Assembly: GCA_010093705.1 (NCBI GenBank) | Contig: MU006090.1 | Coordinates: forward strand, 2,162,022-2,226,021 | Direction of reading: 5' to 3' | From: Patellaria atrata CBS 101060 | Lineage: Eukaryota | DNA: 64,000 bases | Shown here: positions 25,390-39,736 of the stretch, piece by piece | Layout of the letters: every line of letters starts with the position of its first letter | Position numbering within the stretch: position 1 is the stretch's first letter | Position numbers and translations under genes: made by a program | Notes under the pieces: model-generated | What the model was told of the DNA's origin: nothing | The model's input: the letters and a program-made list of their open reading frames with translations, nothing else | Databases searched by the model: none

Positions 25390-28300
25390 ATGCGCATCAT
25401 CAGGGCGCCATGGCTCACACATCCAGGTACTGGGGACATAACCAACCCCCGAACGAATGATCAGACATACGGACATGCTTACAATCTCTAGGTGAAATAA
25501 AAGACTTCGAAGCATATAGTTGTCATATTTCGCCGGATGGCAGTCGACTGGTGACCGCTGCTGGAGGTAAGCTCTTACCGTCGGTTTTGCGCTCCCTCGC
25601 GCAAAAGAACCCAACTCTCTACAACAAAACTAACAAGAATCTATGAAGATGGACATGTGCGAATATGGTCTACCGAAGCAATCTACAATGCTCATGACTC
25701 CAATTATACGAAACCGAGGCAGCTTGCCGCTATCAGTCATCATTCCGGCACCATACACACTGTTCGCTTTTCGGGAAATAATAAGTATCTGGCATCAGGC
25801 GCAGACGATAAAATAGTTTGCATATATGTATTAGATCCCAACCCACCCGCGCACGCTTCAACATTCGGTAATACAGTTGATCTTATCTTGGTGGTGATCC
25901 GAAAGCTGATAACGGTCCAGGTACAAATGAGCCTCCACCAGTGGAAAACTGGAGAGTATTCCGCCGGTTAATAGGACATGACAATGATATACAGGATTTA
26001 GGCTGGTCATACGATTCATCAATACTGGTATCTGTAGGCTTGGACTCGAAAGTCGTAATTTGGTCGGGTCATACTTTTGAAAAGCTCAAAACACTGTCCC
26101 AGCATCAGAGCCATGTGAAAGGCATCACCTTCGATCCCGCAAATAAATATTTTGCTACTGCCAGCGACGATCGCACAATCAAAATTTTTCGTTTCACATC
26201 GCCACCCCCCAATGCAACGGCATACGACCAGCTGAACAATTTCATCCTCGAACATACCATTACTGCACCTTTCCAGTCCTCTCCTCTCACTACATACTTC
26301 CGAAGATGCTCTTGGTCCCCCGATGGAAATCATATTGCAGCTGCAAACTCAGTCAATGGACCAGTCAGCTCGGTCGCGATCATCAATCGAGGAAACTGGG
26401 ATAGTGACATCAATCTGATTGGACATGAACTCCCCATCGAGGTGTGCGCATTTTCACCTAGGATGTTCTATCGGGAGAAATTGACACCCGCACAACTGGA
26501 TCAAAATGGGCACCCGACCGTTCCGTCAGTTACTGTAATTGCTTGTGCAGGTCAAGATAAATCTTTGAGCGTTTGGAATACCAGCTTTGCTAGACCGTTC
26601 GTTATCATGCAAGATCTCACTGCTAAGTCCATCACGGATTTAGCATGGTCCTGTGACGGAGAATCATTGTTCTTGACTAGCCTCGACGGGAGTATCACTA
26701 CCGTAGTGTTTGAACCGGGTGAGCTGGGTTATCCTGCGCCGATTCAGGAAAATGAAAGGTCGCTTTCCAAATTTGGAGCTAGTAGAAAAGCAGGGATCAT
26801 CGAGGGTCCCGAAGCTTTACTATTAGAAGAGAACAGTAAAGCCGGTGAACTCAAAGGCGTCCAGGGCAGAATGGGTGAACTCATGGGAGACGGTACTCCA
26901 CATGCTATACCTTCAACAAATGGCACGAACGGAACAGCATCTGCACCAGCGGCATCGAGTGCCATCATAACGAACGGAACGTCTTCCGCAACCGACCAAT
27001 CTAATCAGACTACTCAGCCACCAGCTGATACCAGAGTTGAAGAACTGAAAAGCCGAGTCACCATTGTAAACGGGAAAAAGAGAGTGAAACCCATTCTCGT
27101 CTCTGCATCATCAGGTCTAGCTGAATCAGCTCTCCCACAGACGCAACTTGTATCCGCAGCCACCCAAGGTGCGCGAAGTGACGCTCCCCATACCATTCTA
27201 GATCTTTCCAAGCCATACGACGGCTTTCCAAAGGGCGGTCTAGCTGGACTTCTGATTGGTAACAAACGTAAGTTTGCTGATATAGAGGGGGACGAGGAAA
27301 AGAGGATCGAGAAACGACTCACTGGAGCGACGCGTAACGGGTCAGCATCGATTGTTGTAAACGGTCCCGACGGCCTAGTTCCACCAAGTACAGGATCACG
27401 TCCACCTCAGAGCGAAGTTCCTGAACCCCTTAGGCCGGCGCTGTTCAATCCAAATCTTTCCGTTAGCCAGATTCGTCTCGCAACACCAATGGTGAGAAGT
27501 GTGATCCTACGTACAGTGGATGGTAGTGAACCTCCTCAAACCAACGGTGCAGACACGTCTTCTTCGCAGCAGGGAAGCAATGATGATACTGTGGTTTTAG
27601 AGGTACGGAATGCGAGTGGTCCGACACGGACAGGCAGGCCGCAAGACAGAGACCCCACACGTGTGAATTGTACCAGGCGCGGTCAATCTTTATGGCAAGA
27701 CTACCTACCAAAGGCTGTACTTCAGCTGACCGGAAACTCTAAATTCTGGGCTGCATCGTGTGAAGACGCGTCAGTCCATGTCTGGACACCAGCGGGAAGG
27801 CGGTTAGTTAATCCTTTCGTTGTTGAAGCTCAGCCTGTTATCATGGATTGCAGAGGGTGGTGGCTTCTTTGCATCACAGCCGTAGGAACCTGTTACGTGT
27901 GGAACATCAAGACCATGTCGGCCCCTCATCCACCTATTCACCTTGCACCTATTCTAGACGCCGCTATCCACTCCCAGGGGTTGCACCTTACCCCTTCGCC
28001 TAGTATCATCTTCGCGAGACTTAATTCGCAAGGCCGCATCATCGTAGCGATGTCGAATGGTGATGGTTATACTTACTCACCATCAATGTTCGTATGGCAG
28101 CGGCTTTCTGAACCTTGGTGGGCAGTGGGTAGTCAGTACTGGAATACTACAGATTCGTCAGTAGGGAATCTTCAGTCGTCATCCGACCAGGGCGTATCCG
28201 CGGAGAGAGATAATCAAGTATCAATCGAGAATGTCTCTGCGGGTATCATTCCACTATTAGAACGTAATACAACCAACCATTCACTGATGCGAGGGAGAGC

Positions 28301-28783
28301 TTATTTCCTTCAACGTCTCATCAAAGCTCTACTGTCCGCGGAAGGCTTTGAGGGTTTGGAATCGAGCGTCTCTGTGGCTCATCTTGAAAATCGCGTTGCA
28401 GCTGCATTGACTCTAGGTGCTCGTGACGAGTTCAAGATTTATCTTCTTATGTACGCTAAACGTCTAGGTGCTGAAGGTCTGAAGGGCAAAGTAGTCGAAC
28501 TCCTGAGATCGTTACGTGGGGATCCATTCATTGACGAGGACTATGAGGAACAAGAATCATCTGATAAAGAAGATGAACTATGTGGATGGAAGAAGGAAGA
28601 TTTATTGAAAGAAGTGGTGCTTATTCTCGGTATGGATCTACTAAGGAGATATCTCAGCCGCCGACTGACTTTTTGTCAACAGGTAAACACCGGGATTTGC
28701 AACGTATCACCGTGCCCTATGCTCGGTCTCTTAATATATTGGACGATAGATTAGGTGATCAGCAAATGGTCACCGACATGTAG
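25390..28783 (+). CDS. HIR1: Histone chaperone/transcription regulator Hir1 (HIRA); exons 25390-25426, 25492-25566, 25649-25867, 25921-28629, 28683-28783
   Basis: WD40 N-terminus (SPDGSRLVTA, GHDNDIQDLGWS, TYFRRCSWSPDG), B-motif GKKRVKP, Hira domain SVAHLENR...YAKRLGAEG. Confidence 0.96.
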
Positions 28784-29463
28784 AATTAACCCCGGCACAT
28801 ATGGTAGGCGTTGGGGAGGACTTGTGCGTTATTGCTTGCAAGCGTTGGAGTTATGGCTCCCACTTATCATGCTGATGATAAGTGATGGAATTCCTTTATG
28901 ATTGATCTTGAAGTTCAGAGTTTAGCTCGGGTATGTATAGGATTCCGCTTAATCGAGTCAGCTAAATATTTTCGCATGCTGATTTGGTACTCGTGGTAGT
29001 GCACGGACATAAGCTGACTATTAGAGATCATAATGGGTAATATCCTCATCAATCCGCAACCTCTTCCATAATAGCCTTATTTCTGGTTTTTATAGGAAGA
29101 GTGGTATTAGGCAACGAGGGGGACTAGGAAGCCAGCGGATGCAGAGACAAATTTCTATAGACTAATGTGCGTTCCGGGGATACTCCTCGTTAGTCCCATC
29201 CTATATTCCGAATATTCTGTGAAATAGTCCTTTAAACAACCACATCTATGCAAGAAAACTGCCGATGATGCTCCAATTCGAGTTTATTGGCAGGAAATTA
29301 GTCTACTAGATTCCCTCGAGCGGACATATTACCTTACGCATATCATGTCGTTCATTGACAAGGCTAGGAATATCCTAAAATTAGACTCGCTATTGTAGGC
29401 ACCTCGGTCGTCTATCAATCTTACCTTATCCTCAGCTCTCACGAGAACACCAACTCTGCGATA

Positions 29464-31305
29464 ATGGCCTATACTGACACTATCATGCTAAATGATCATT
29501 TTTATATCTACCATTCCATTCATTCGGATAAGTAGATCCGTCTTCTCCACCTTCAGCCATCTTTGACTTTCCAAGAACCCCTTCAATTCTCTTTCGAGCA
29601 GGTCGAATTACACCAAGCACTTGGGAGGTATGAAGCTCTATTATACACCTAGGGAAACCCCGAGTTTGACTTGAGACTGTATTCTACTGACGATGGGAAG
29701 TACCTGAGGATTACGCAGAACCTCGACTTATCCTTGCGCCACTTCCGTGATGTGATGGAGCACAGAATACTTTGAGTAGACGCAGTCTGTATCAACCAGA
29801 GAGATAATGCAGAGAAGAATTCGCAGATTCCGCTTATGGGCCAGATATATCGTTGTGCGAAAAGAGTCGTTGTGTGACTGGGGCAAGGGGTATTTCAGGA
29901 AAGGCAATGGGCTATTTATGCTACTACTTCAAGCCATCTGTCCGGTCCCAAGGCGGATTTGGAGGTCTTCTTGATATGAGTGAAGAGTACCATGACCAAT
30001 CTAGGGAGGTCATCGATGCATTCTTTCAGCTTCTCTATTTCCGCCGAAGATGGATAATTCAGGGAGTAGTTCTTAATATCGAAGTTCGCTTTTTCTATGG
30101 CAAAGAGGAATTATCATGGATTAATCTCATAGCTGCCCGTTCGATACTTGAAGACAAGCAGTTCACAACTTCGGCAAGCTCCGTTGGTATTGCTAGATGC
30201 TGTGTATGATCTGTGGGAACGCTGGTCGCAAGGAAAGGAGAACGAACAACTTCCACAAAGGATGACCAACACTTCAAAAGCTCCTGAAAAGGCAACTGTC
30301 CCTCGAAGAACGCACCATATAGTGCGTGGTCCAACATTACTAGAACTTTTGAACCATTTTCATGAATTCGGATGCGCAGATGCTCGTGATCGTGTATATG
30401 CATTGTACGCCATAGCAGGCGCAGAGATGAATAACCTGAAGCCTATGCCAGTTTCAGTCTCATACAGTATAGTGTGGCAAATTGTTACCGCCTATTTCAA
30501 TTTCAGCCATGGAAGCTGACTACACCTCACAGACATTGACTAGTATCTGTTCCCGCCCAAGGGGTCCAAACGCTGCTCAACTTCCGGATTGGGAAGCAGC
30601 AGAATGTTTCGACCCTTTTCTTCAAGGAAAATCTGCTCTTCTGGTTGTTCACATTCGCTTCTTCACACCCCTAGCGGTGAGTGTCACACTACAGTTATGT
30701 ACGGTCGGATGGAAGCGACAGTCATACTTCAAACCAGGACCAAGGATGAAGGGAACTATACGCTGAAATCCCAGCTGAGGGTCCTATTATACTTTCAAGT
30801 TTGGAATATTCACCCTTCCAGCTCTTTTTAAAAGATGCGTACGGCTTTATATGCGCCTTACCGTGGGAAAAAGATTTTGTCCCCTCTTACTCCCGCCATG
30901 TTTCAGCTTATCTCTTGAGGGACGTTTTGCGTATCGCCGGGGTCGACCTTGGGCCAGGTGAATTCGAATTCCCTGTATACCGTGCACCAGGAGATCTCTC
31001 TCCGCAAATCGCCACCTTGTTATCATATATCGAGACGAGCCCCTTCAGCTTAACATACCACCAGAAACTCAAGGCCCGGTGCCTTTTCGCTACTGAAATA
31101 TCACATATGGATGAACGCATAAGTAGTGGGACCTATATAGGGTAGGGACTAGTGAGCTTGTCGAGGGAGATAAGCTTGTACTGGTATCCGATGCCGATGG
31201 ATGCACGGGATTGATCCTAAAACCCGTATGCGTTGAGCCTCCACAGTATGAGTTAATTGGAGACGCTCGAGCAGTTTTAGCAGACCCTGAAATTAACCCC
31301 TTCTA
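29464..31305 (+). pseudogene. Decayed HET-domain (heterokaryon incompatibility, PF06985-type) gene
   Basis: IRLL, YEALLYT*G, RIL*VDAVCINQ, QIPLMGQIYRCAKRVVV*LG, RRWIIQ and ADARDRVYAL motifs. Stops at 29533, 29650, 29773 and 29875, plus at least two frameshifts. 3' end approximate. Confidence 0.88.
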
Positions 31306-31605
31306 AAGAAAGTATTGTGTATGATACTGCTTACCCTAATTACCACAATCGTCCGGGCATTGAATTAGTCCTGGTTTAGGTTGGGCTATTTATAGGGTCA
31401 AAGACAAGATGGCCCTTATTTAGTGGAGCAATTGGACGTAGACATACAAAAGACCCTTTGGTAAGAAACTATCGTCCGAGTATATGGAGTAATATAGGTT
31501 TGGCCCATGCTTCTCCACCACGTTAGAACTTTTCCCGCCGTGATACCTCGTCTAATACACTTGTTTTGTAGCTCTAAGGATTGCACCGGTTACAAAAACC
31601 GGCGT

Positions 31606-32611
31606 TCATCGGAACCACCAATTAACCTTAGTACAATGAGCATAAAGCGTACACGAATGGACGTAAACTAGCCGGAGCACTCACCGATCCTATACTGCAG
31701 GTCCCTACACCTTTGATACTATGCCACCAGCTCTTAGGAATGAATATTGCATCCCCAGATTCTAAGGTAGCTTCAAAGCCATAGTTACCTCCGCTCAACG
31801 CCCTTTCAGATTCTCCCCAGATAGCTTCTTCCAGAAGCGCTCTCTCCTTACCGGCCATCATCTCCTCACCTCTCATCCTCTCCGTCCCACTCAATTTCTG
31901 TAAACCTGCGCCAAGTCCTCTTCTTGCGTTGTCGTATATGTCTGATCCGAGTAACGGCTCACATAGTCTGATAATCTTCTTCCCAGCCAGTTGTATGAAT
32001 AAATTAGGATTAGGATCTCGGTGAAAGGGCGTGTAGGTTGGAGCACGGCCGATCCAGATGCTAGAGTTATATACATCACCCCTTCCAGCCTTCAGAACCA
32101 ATTCCGGGGTGGGGAGATCGTCTTGCATTCCTTTAGGGAGGTCTGCTATGGACGTTTGTGCCAGGTAAAGTGAAGATTTTGCATTGGATGGGGTTTGGGA
32201 AACGCTTACTAGGAACAATTCCAACGGTGCAGCGAAGCGGGAGAAGTTAACATGAGAACCATCTTCAGTAGATGCAGTGAATTCGAGTCCAACTATTGCA
32301 TTCCCGAAGTTGCTTAAGTATGCGAGATTAAGTTCCCCTGACGCGGCCCCCGATGATTTAGTGAACCATTTCTCCAACGCAGGAAGTGTCTTCAAGAATG
32401 CCCCAGGGGGAAAGACAGTCGGCTTTTCAAGTCTGTAGTAATCGTTACGAAATGTCTCTAGTGAGAGTGATGGAGGTATGCTCAGAGATTTCCAGTATAC
32501 CGAAGCGTTAGGAAAGGAAGAATGACTGCGATAAACTTTCACGAAATTCTCAACGGAATAATGCCCATGAATATTATATTTCAGTGAATGTCCTATTCTC
32601 CGCGTGAACAT
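31606..32611 (-). CDS. JmjC/cupin-like 2-oxoglutarate Fe(II) oxygenase; exons 32611-31685, 31626-31606
   Basis: LYLAQ, SSIWIG..TYTPFHRDPNPNLFIQLAGKK (HxD), LESGDAIFIPKSWWHSI, SVNWWFR. Start codon uncertain. Confidence 0.85.
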
Positions 32612-32856
32612 AATCTTGTAGGTTGTCGTTAATAATGATATGGCTAATGGAAGGCTTTTACGTATCGTTTGAAAAGCCGAGAACGGCACGCGTCATGTTG
32701 ATCATGTTTGCTAGAGTTCATCACCATCAACAACAAAAACTCCCCTTCCACCACCTGAAATTTTTATAATGAATGCCGCGACGAATCTCCTTTTTATATA
32801 GATTATACTATTCCTACCCCTCCTATGCATCGGTAGACAAACTATTATTATCCAAC

Positions 32857-34765
32857 ATGCCGTCCAACTCCAACGGTAACAACTCCAATCAGATAGATAA
32901 GCTTGACTATACACGCCCTCATGAGCGACAACCACTTCTACAAACGGACGATCACGGTAATCATGACGGAGGGCGATCTAGCCATGATAATAGCTATGCT
33001 GGCAGCTTCTTCGAGCAGGTCGCGGAAGGAATACAAGAGCGGGATCTGAGGAAGATGAAAACGGTGGTACGGCGATATCTCAGCTTCATTTGGGCAGTCG
33101 TAAACTGCTTATGCGCCGGAAGTATTACTGGTGAGACTGACGCTATCTATGACACTATCCTTGCGGTTCAACTGACTCTGTTACTTCGCAGCTTACTCGC
33201 TTTACGGCCATATCTTCCAGTCAAGACTACATTATACTCAGTTTCAAATAAACATCGTCGCGATAGTCGCTGAAATTGGAATGTACGTAATTGTTCCAGC
33301 GGTTGGGTACCTCTGCGATCGATATGGTCCAGGGTGGCCGTCCCTATTCTCCGCATTCCTCTTCGGTGCGGGATACACCCTCGCAGGATTGACATACCGG
33401 ACCGGATCACCACCATCTAGAGGCGGAGACGGTTGGCCGTTTAGCCTCATGGTGGTTGCCTTCGCTGCTGTTGGATTGGGCACATGCTGCATGTATCTGT
33501 CCGCCGTAACGACGTGTGTAAAGAACTTTGGCAGAGGGAAATACAAGGGCGTGGCTTTGGCAATACCGATTGCGGCATTTGGGCTCAGTGGTATGTGGCA
33601 GAGCCAGGTCGGAAGTAAACTACTATATGAACGGAATCCGGATGGGAGCAAAGGCGATGTTGATGTCTTTCGATACTTCCTATTCTTGGCATGCACATTA
33701 TTCGCGGTGGGAATCGTTGGGTTCTTTACTCTCGTCATTATTGATGAAGAAGAGATGATTGATGAGGCTGTCGATCAGCTCGAACAATCAGGCCTCCTCC
33801 AAGAGGATGAGTTCTTCCAGCGCGCCGCCAGTATACACGGTTACGGAACTACAGCACCACACGACCTCTCCGACTCAACCTTCGACTTTCTCCGTAGCGA
33901 AGCAGATGATCTCAAGGCGAAGGCCGAGGAAGAACGCCGTAAGAAGAATTGGCTTCTCAATGAAGAGACTCGCCTATTTCTTGCAGACAGAACTATGTGG
34001 TGGCTGGCTGCTGGGTTCTTCCTCGTCACTGGACCTGGGGAAGCGTTCATCAACAACCTTGGAACCGTTATAGAAACTTTGTATCCGCCCTCTACTCCTC
34101 TGTCAGATGCACCGACAACGGCCGCAACTCATGTTTCCATCGTGGCTATCACCTCTACCCTCGCTCGGTTGATTACAGGTACCCTATCCGATCTCCTCGC
34201 CCCGGTTGCGCCGCAACATCAGCATCGTCGCCTCCTAACCTCTATGTCATCATCGATAGACTCTCTCGCCATCCCACCGCTCTGCAAGCGTTTTACACTC
34301 TCACGCGTGACATTTCTCCTAGTATCTGCTCTCTTCGTCTCCATCGGCCAGGCCATCCTCGCGTCCGGAGTTACACAAGACCACGTCTCTCGCTTCTGGC
34401 TCGTCAGCGGCTTCATTGGCGCTGGTTACGGCGCCGTCTTCTCTCTAGTCCCCATCGTCATCTCGGTGGTATGGGGTGTCGAGAATTTCGGTACGAATTG
34501 GGGCATCGTGGCCATGGTTCCTGCGGCTGGAGCGGCCGTATGGGGCCTCTTGTATTCTGCGGTCTATCAGCGGGCTGCACATGATGAGGTGGAAAATGTG
34601 GGCTCGGGAGTGCAGGGCAGAAAGGAGGATATACTGTGCTACGGGAAGGCGTGCTACCAGTCTACATTCTGGGCCATGGTGGCCAGCGTTTGGATTGCGT
34701 GTGGATTGTGGATGTGGGCGTGGAGAGGGCCGGGAGGGTGGAAACGGAGGGGTATTGCGGTGTAG
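32857..34765 (+). CDS. MCH1: MFS transporter, Mch1-like; exons 32857-33130, 33192-34765
   Basis: About 12 hydrophobic segments; GYLCDRYGP, AAFGLSGMW, TGPGEAFINNLG and WGVENFGTNWG. Confidence 0.8.
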
Positions 34766-35857
34766 GGAAGTGGGAAACAAGCAGTGCTTTTCAGAGAGTT
34801 GTATATACTTGATGACCAGTGGGGACTATTGATCTGATATTTCATATTGTATGCTTCATGATTTAAGTAGCTGTAGCCAAAGGGACTCATATATCAAACG
34901 TCTGAAACCATTTGACTTATTATTTCATGCTCTTTGAAAATATATTTTACCCTTCTCACCTTCTTGAGTAGAGCATCACCTCCGGAGCGGCGCGGATGCT
35001 GACGGTAAACTTGCAGATTATGGGTAAGCGACAGGTATTTTGATCCCATTTCTGTTCCACGGAAAATGAATGCTTACAATCAATAATGGATCTGAATCCT
35101 GAATATCAGGTTCAAGGAATAGGCAAGTGACGTACTGTAGAACCAAAAAGCGGACGTTGAGATGGGCTGCCTACCGTATATCCATACCTTTACTGATATA
35201 CCGTACTGTACTTCCGTTTTGGGAGCCACAGCCCTAAATGCGGCCCCTTGTACTGTACGCCCCTGCGCAGATTGCGGGCCGTGCCCATTAACGTTACGGT
35301 AAGATATGTGATATGGATTCTGAATACAGTACAGTATGCTGAAATAATAATAGACAACATGGAAGATAAGGTAAAGATTGATGCTCATGTCCTCTTTTAC
35401 GACTATTTCCAGTTGTCTGCTCCCAAAAAAGAAACTTCGAAGTCGGTTTTTTAAACCAGCCCTCATCTCTCGTAACGGGACACGCATGCGAGTCAAGATG
35501 AAGTTTGTGATGAGATTGACATTCGGTGTGATGCGTATTCTAGATTCTACTCATTATTTGCTGGTCAGCCACTGTGTGGGAGGTGACTCTCAATCATTGG
35601 ACATCACAACTTTATCGAAGCCTGCCCATTTCCTTTTTCAGCCAAGCTGAACGACATGCAGCACAACTCTTACAATCTGGTCTTCAAAGCTTACGGGGCT
35701 GAACTTTTTTATTCTGTCACCTCCCCTCGTACTAACTGCGACACATTTCGCACACAGTCATCACACGGTGACTATGAATCCAGTCTTGTTGGAGTCACAA
35801 ACCCCTTTGTTGTGTCCCACATCCCTTACCTTAAATGCTAGCTCCTCGTAAAGAAAA

Positions 35858-37169
35858 ATGAAGAACCACATCTCCTACTCTGATGAAAGGGAAGGACCTC
35901 CCCGCGATCTAGCTGATGAGATGGAAACTTCGACAAATTATTTGTCGCAATGGGGAAGCTGGCTGAGCACGAGACGGGTACGCAACCTCATTGCCATCAC
36001 TGTCTTCTGCCTTCTTGCTTTCTCCTTGCTCAGATGGTCGCCTACGCAAATTCAAAATTACAGAACCCAGGATGCCGGACTGCAGCGACCTGCAATAACT
36101 CTACCACCGGGGAATATTATCGACTGGTCCCAGTATGCCTACATACAATATGTCACTAACTTAAACTACCTTTGCAACTCTATGATGATCTTCGAGGCCC
36201 TGGATCGACTGGATAGCAAAGCTAGTAGAGTTATGATGTACCCACGTACATGGGAACTACCAGACAACAATGGGACATCGAGTCTAACCGAAGAGATCCG
36301 GCTGCTGTTGCAAGCTCGCGATACTTATAAGGTTAACCTTGTTCCGGTTGAGGTACAAACTTTCCATCACCAGGAAGCTACATGGAAAGATTCTTTCACA
36401 AAATTGCTGGCCTTTAATCAGACTCAGTACAAGCGAGTTTTAAGTCTGGACTCCGACAGCACAGTCCTTCAGGTGGGGTTTTGCTGAATGAAATAACGTT
36501 TGAGAAGCTAGACTGACCTGTTTCATTAGCACATGGATGAGCTATTCTTGCTTCCTTCAGCGCCCGTCGCCATGCCAAGAGGATACTGGCTAGAGGAGAA
36601 GACATTATCCTCTCAACTCGTTCTCGTCGAACCATCCGAATTCGAGTGGAACCGCGTAGAAGCCGCGATCGCCGACCACGGGGACAAGGAATTCGACATG
36701 GACATCATTAACAATCTCTACGCACAGAGTTGCATGATAATCCCACACCGTCCATACAACCTTTTGACGGGAGAGTTCAGATCAGACCTCCATACTGATT
36801 ATCTTGGTTCTTCTGAAGAAGTGTGGGATCCAAAGAAAGTCCAAGAAGAGGTAAAGTTCGTCCACTTTTCTGACTGGCCCTATCCCAAACCTTGGATACA
36901 GCCTTTAGTTTCGCAGACCGAGGAGATGAAGCCGAAATGCCAGGAATCTTCAGACAGTTCCAGACAGGATTGTACAGCGCGAGATATTTGGTTGCACTTG
37001 TACGAGGACTTTAGTGATCGACGTCTGGTAAGTGAATCTATAGAGGTCTAAATTATGAGGCTGTCGAATTCCATTTGCTGATCACCCCTAACAGAGAGTA
37101 TGCGGACGCAGATACGATTCCTCGGGAGTCAAGCGAGCTCGATCTTTTACCAAACTCCCTACAACGTGA
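35858..37169 (+). CDS. GNT1: GT8 glycosyltransferase, Gnt1-like (type II membrane); exons 35858-36472, 36530-37027, 37095-37169
   Basis: N-terminal TM anchor; YAYIQYVT..YLCNS, WKDSFTKLLAFNQTQYKRVLSLDSD (DxD), HMDELF, HFSDWPYPKPW. Confidence 0.85.
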
Positions 37170-37656
37170 AGTTGAAATGCCATTATATACTCGAAGAGTG
37201 TATACTCTTAAGTATTGAACTATTCGCCGTGTATGGGACCAAAGAAGCTACACTTGGAAGCATTAGGGTGATCCAAGGAATGTCACATAGTGGTGTCTCG
37301 TAAAGAGTCTGATTATTCAGACTGGTTATCCTACTCTGCAAGAGAAGAACAAGAAGCGTGGTGAACGGAGTGGGAAGAACGGGTGAGGATATACATGAAC
37401 AATCTGCTATTGCTATTGTTCCGGTTTGCATAATCCGAAGTCAACGTTGTGTGTCATACTGAAGAAGCAGTATTTATGAAGGGTTGATATCAGCTTTGAT
37501 GACGATCGAGTTGGAAAATACTTACCAGGGAGGACTATAGGCGCCTCGAAAAGAGATGAAATGGAGTAAGTGCTCAGTAGTTAAGAGAGTTCGATAATTG
37601 AGATTACTATATTCCTCTACCTTTGAATATAGCGTCTCACCTACCTTATTTCATAC

Positions 37657-38715
37657 CTACGAAAGAGCAAATTTCGTATTCAGTTCTTTACCATCAAGCC
37701 ATAGCTCAATATTCTCAACAACTTGATCATACCAATTATTTATCGTCTCCTCTTCCACGTAACCAGTATGCGGTGTCAGCAAGACCTCGCTACGCCCATC
37801 CTTACCCCATTCGGTCGTTCTCCAGGGATCATCAAGAGGTAGCGGCTCTATCTCAAAGACATCCAAAGCAGCGCCTCGAATTTTGCCATTGTTTAAAGTC
37901 TTTTGAAGTGCGTCTTGATCAATGAGCGGCCCACGCGAAGAGTTGACCAATAATGCGGTCTTCTTCATGAGTGCCAATTCCCTTTCTCCTACAATGCCTC
38001 GACTTCTATCGGAGAGGACATAATGCACACTGAGAATGTCCGCAACTCTAAAAAGCTCATCTTTACTTGAGGTTACTTTGAACGAGCCCTTAGGCAGACC
38101 CATCTGGACAGCCTTCTCATCCGCCTTTTCCTGGGTGAGATTGTTACTCCAAGCAACGACTTCCATTCCGAATGCGAGCTTTGCAATCTTACCCGTCTGC
38201 CCGCCTAGCCGGCCGAGACCTAATAGGCTAATGGTCTTACTAAATAGTCCAGAATTGAGTCCACTCTGCCACCCTCCTATCTTGACGCTAATGTCGTCTC
38301 TAACGACGTTCTTCGCCAGAGCCAGAATCATCGCCCATATGTGCTCAATCGTCGGGTCGATCGCGCCACCGGACTTCTTCGTAACCACCCCAGTACCCGC
38401 GATGACAATTCCCCGCTCGGCGCACGCCGGAAGGTCGATCGCAGCATTGCGGGTGCCGGTCGTGAGTAGGAGTTTTAGGTTAGGCAGTGCGCGGATGACT
38501 TCGGTGGGGAAACCGGTGCGTTCGCGCATGCTGGATATAATGCTGAAGGGTTGGAGTCGCTCAATCAGCGCGGCACGTCCATGGGGCGTTTTGGCGTTGA
38601 GGGTGTCGGGGAAATAGCTGATGTCGAGGCGGGAAGAGAGGTGGGAGAGCTTGGGAGCTAGAGTATTGGCATAATCGTCAAGGACGGCGAGAGAATGTTT
38701 TGAGGAAGCCATCAT
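37657..38715 (-). CDS. D-isomer-specific 2-hydroxyacid dehydrogenase (NAD-binding)
   Basis: AVLDDY, MRERT, GLGRLG Rossmann motif, LVNSSRG, AALDVFEIEP, TPHTGY. Intronless. Confidence 0.9.
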   Translation of the reverse strand: MMASSKHSLAVLDDYANTLAPKLSHLSSRLDISYFPDTLNAKTPHGRAALIERLQPFSIISSMRERTGFPTEVIRALPNLKLLLTTGTRNAAIDLPACAERGIVIAGTGVVTKKSGGAIDPTIEHIWAMILALAKNVVRDDISVKIGGWQSGLNSGLFSKTISLLGLGRLGGQTGKIAKLAFGMEVVAWSNNLTQEKADEKAVQMGLPKGSFKVTSSKDELFRVADILSVHYVLSDRSRGIVGERELALMKKTALLVNSSRGPLIDQDALQKTLNNGKIRGAALDVFEIEPLPLDDPWRTTEWGKDGRSEVLLTPHTGYVEEETINNWYDQVVENIELWLDGKELNTKFALS

Positions 38716-39736
38716 GCCAGTTCTATAAGCGTTACGTGAAGGTACGAAAGTATGTAGTGATTGAGGTAGAAGGAGCTCGTTGCTGTCTATTCAGAGTCCT
38801 CCTGAGAGATGAGGGAGTATACCTTATAATGGTAGTTTCCAATTCCGATGTTGGCCGTTTCTTGCCGATCCTCTTTAGTTCTACCGGCATTTCGATTGTC
38901 CGACGACTTGATGGCAATTGCGACCTCACCTCTTAGATGCAGGGGAAATCACATCGCTCACTCCCATCTCAACATTATATTGAAAGGTAAGCTGCATCCG
39001 TATAAGGTGCTTCTTCCCAAAGTTTCAAGATTATTGTCTACTGTGACCAGGAAAGCGCCTGCCGACTATATGATGATCATACAGATGTAGAGTAAGTGCA
39101 CTCCTAGTTCCATTTCAGAATACTTTTTGGAGTAGGCGAGGAGTACACAGCATCGTACGACGAGCATAATACTATTGCCTGCTGCTACATAAGTAATTCT
39201 GTTGAGAACAGTATGTAGACAGGGAAAGAAACCTAAGGTCAGACTTCTCTGACTTTCCTCTCTTGTCATCTGTTTTTCTGTGTCTTTGCGGATAACGTTA
39301 TATATTACTTCCTATTCCAGAGAGACCGAGTTTGCAAGATGATGTACGGTCATGTGTTGGTATGAAATGAGCATCATGGGTGGGTACCTTATCGTCTCAA
39401 GATATCTGATGTGCGAACTCCAAGGGGTAACGAAGCTTCACACTTGACATCAATAGGCCTAAGTATACATATCATCAAGCTAGCCTTTGGTGCATTCTTC
39501 CTTGCAACGTAATGTCTTTGACCTGTTTTCATTCTTTGTATTGTACGTTACGTACCTACTTTTTTTTGCCTTCCCACCTTATTTGGAAGTACAATGGGTT
39601 AACCTTTCCTGTAACAAACATCGTCCCTTCCCTTCATCAGTGTTTGCGGTGTGATCTCAACAAAAGTCGTCTTGTTGCCATAGCGTTTTACATTCTCTCG
39701 TCATCGGTCCCTTACCAACCTAGTCCTTCCTCTACC

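Noticed and set aside
29464..29877. Trp-to-stop codons as A-to-I editing-rescued premature stops
   Set aside because: Downstream frameshifts and other motif damage mean editing could not restore the protein.
37657..38715. Horizontal transfer of the intronless dehydrogenase (and likewise PI-PLC)
   Set aside because: Both families are common in fungi, composition is unremarkable, and there is no support without a phylogeny.
31606..38715. Secondary-metabolite or metabolic gene cluster (oxygenase, MFS, glycosyltransferase, dehydrogenase)
   Set aside because: There is no backbone synthase or cluster regulator, and the genes are unrelated conserved housekeeping types.
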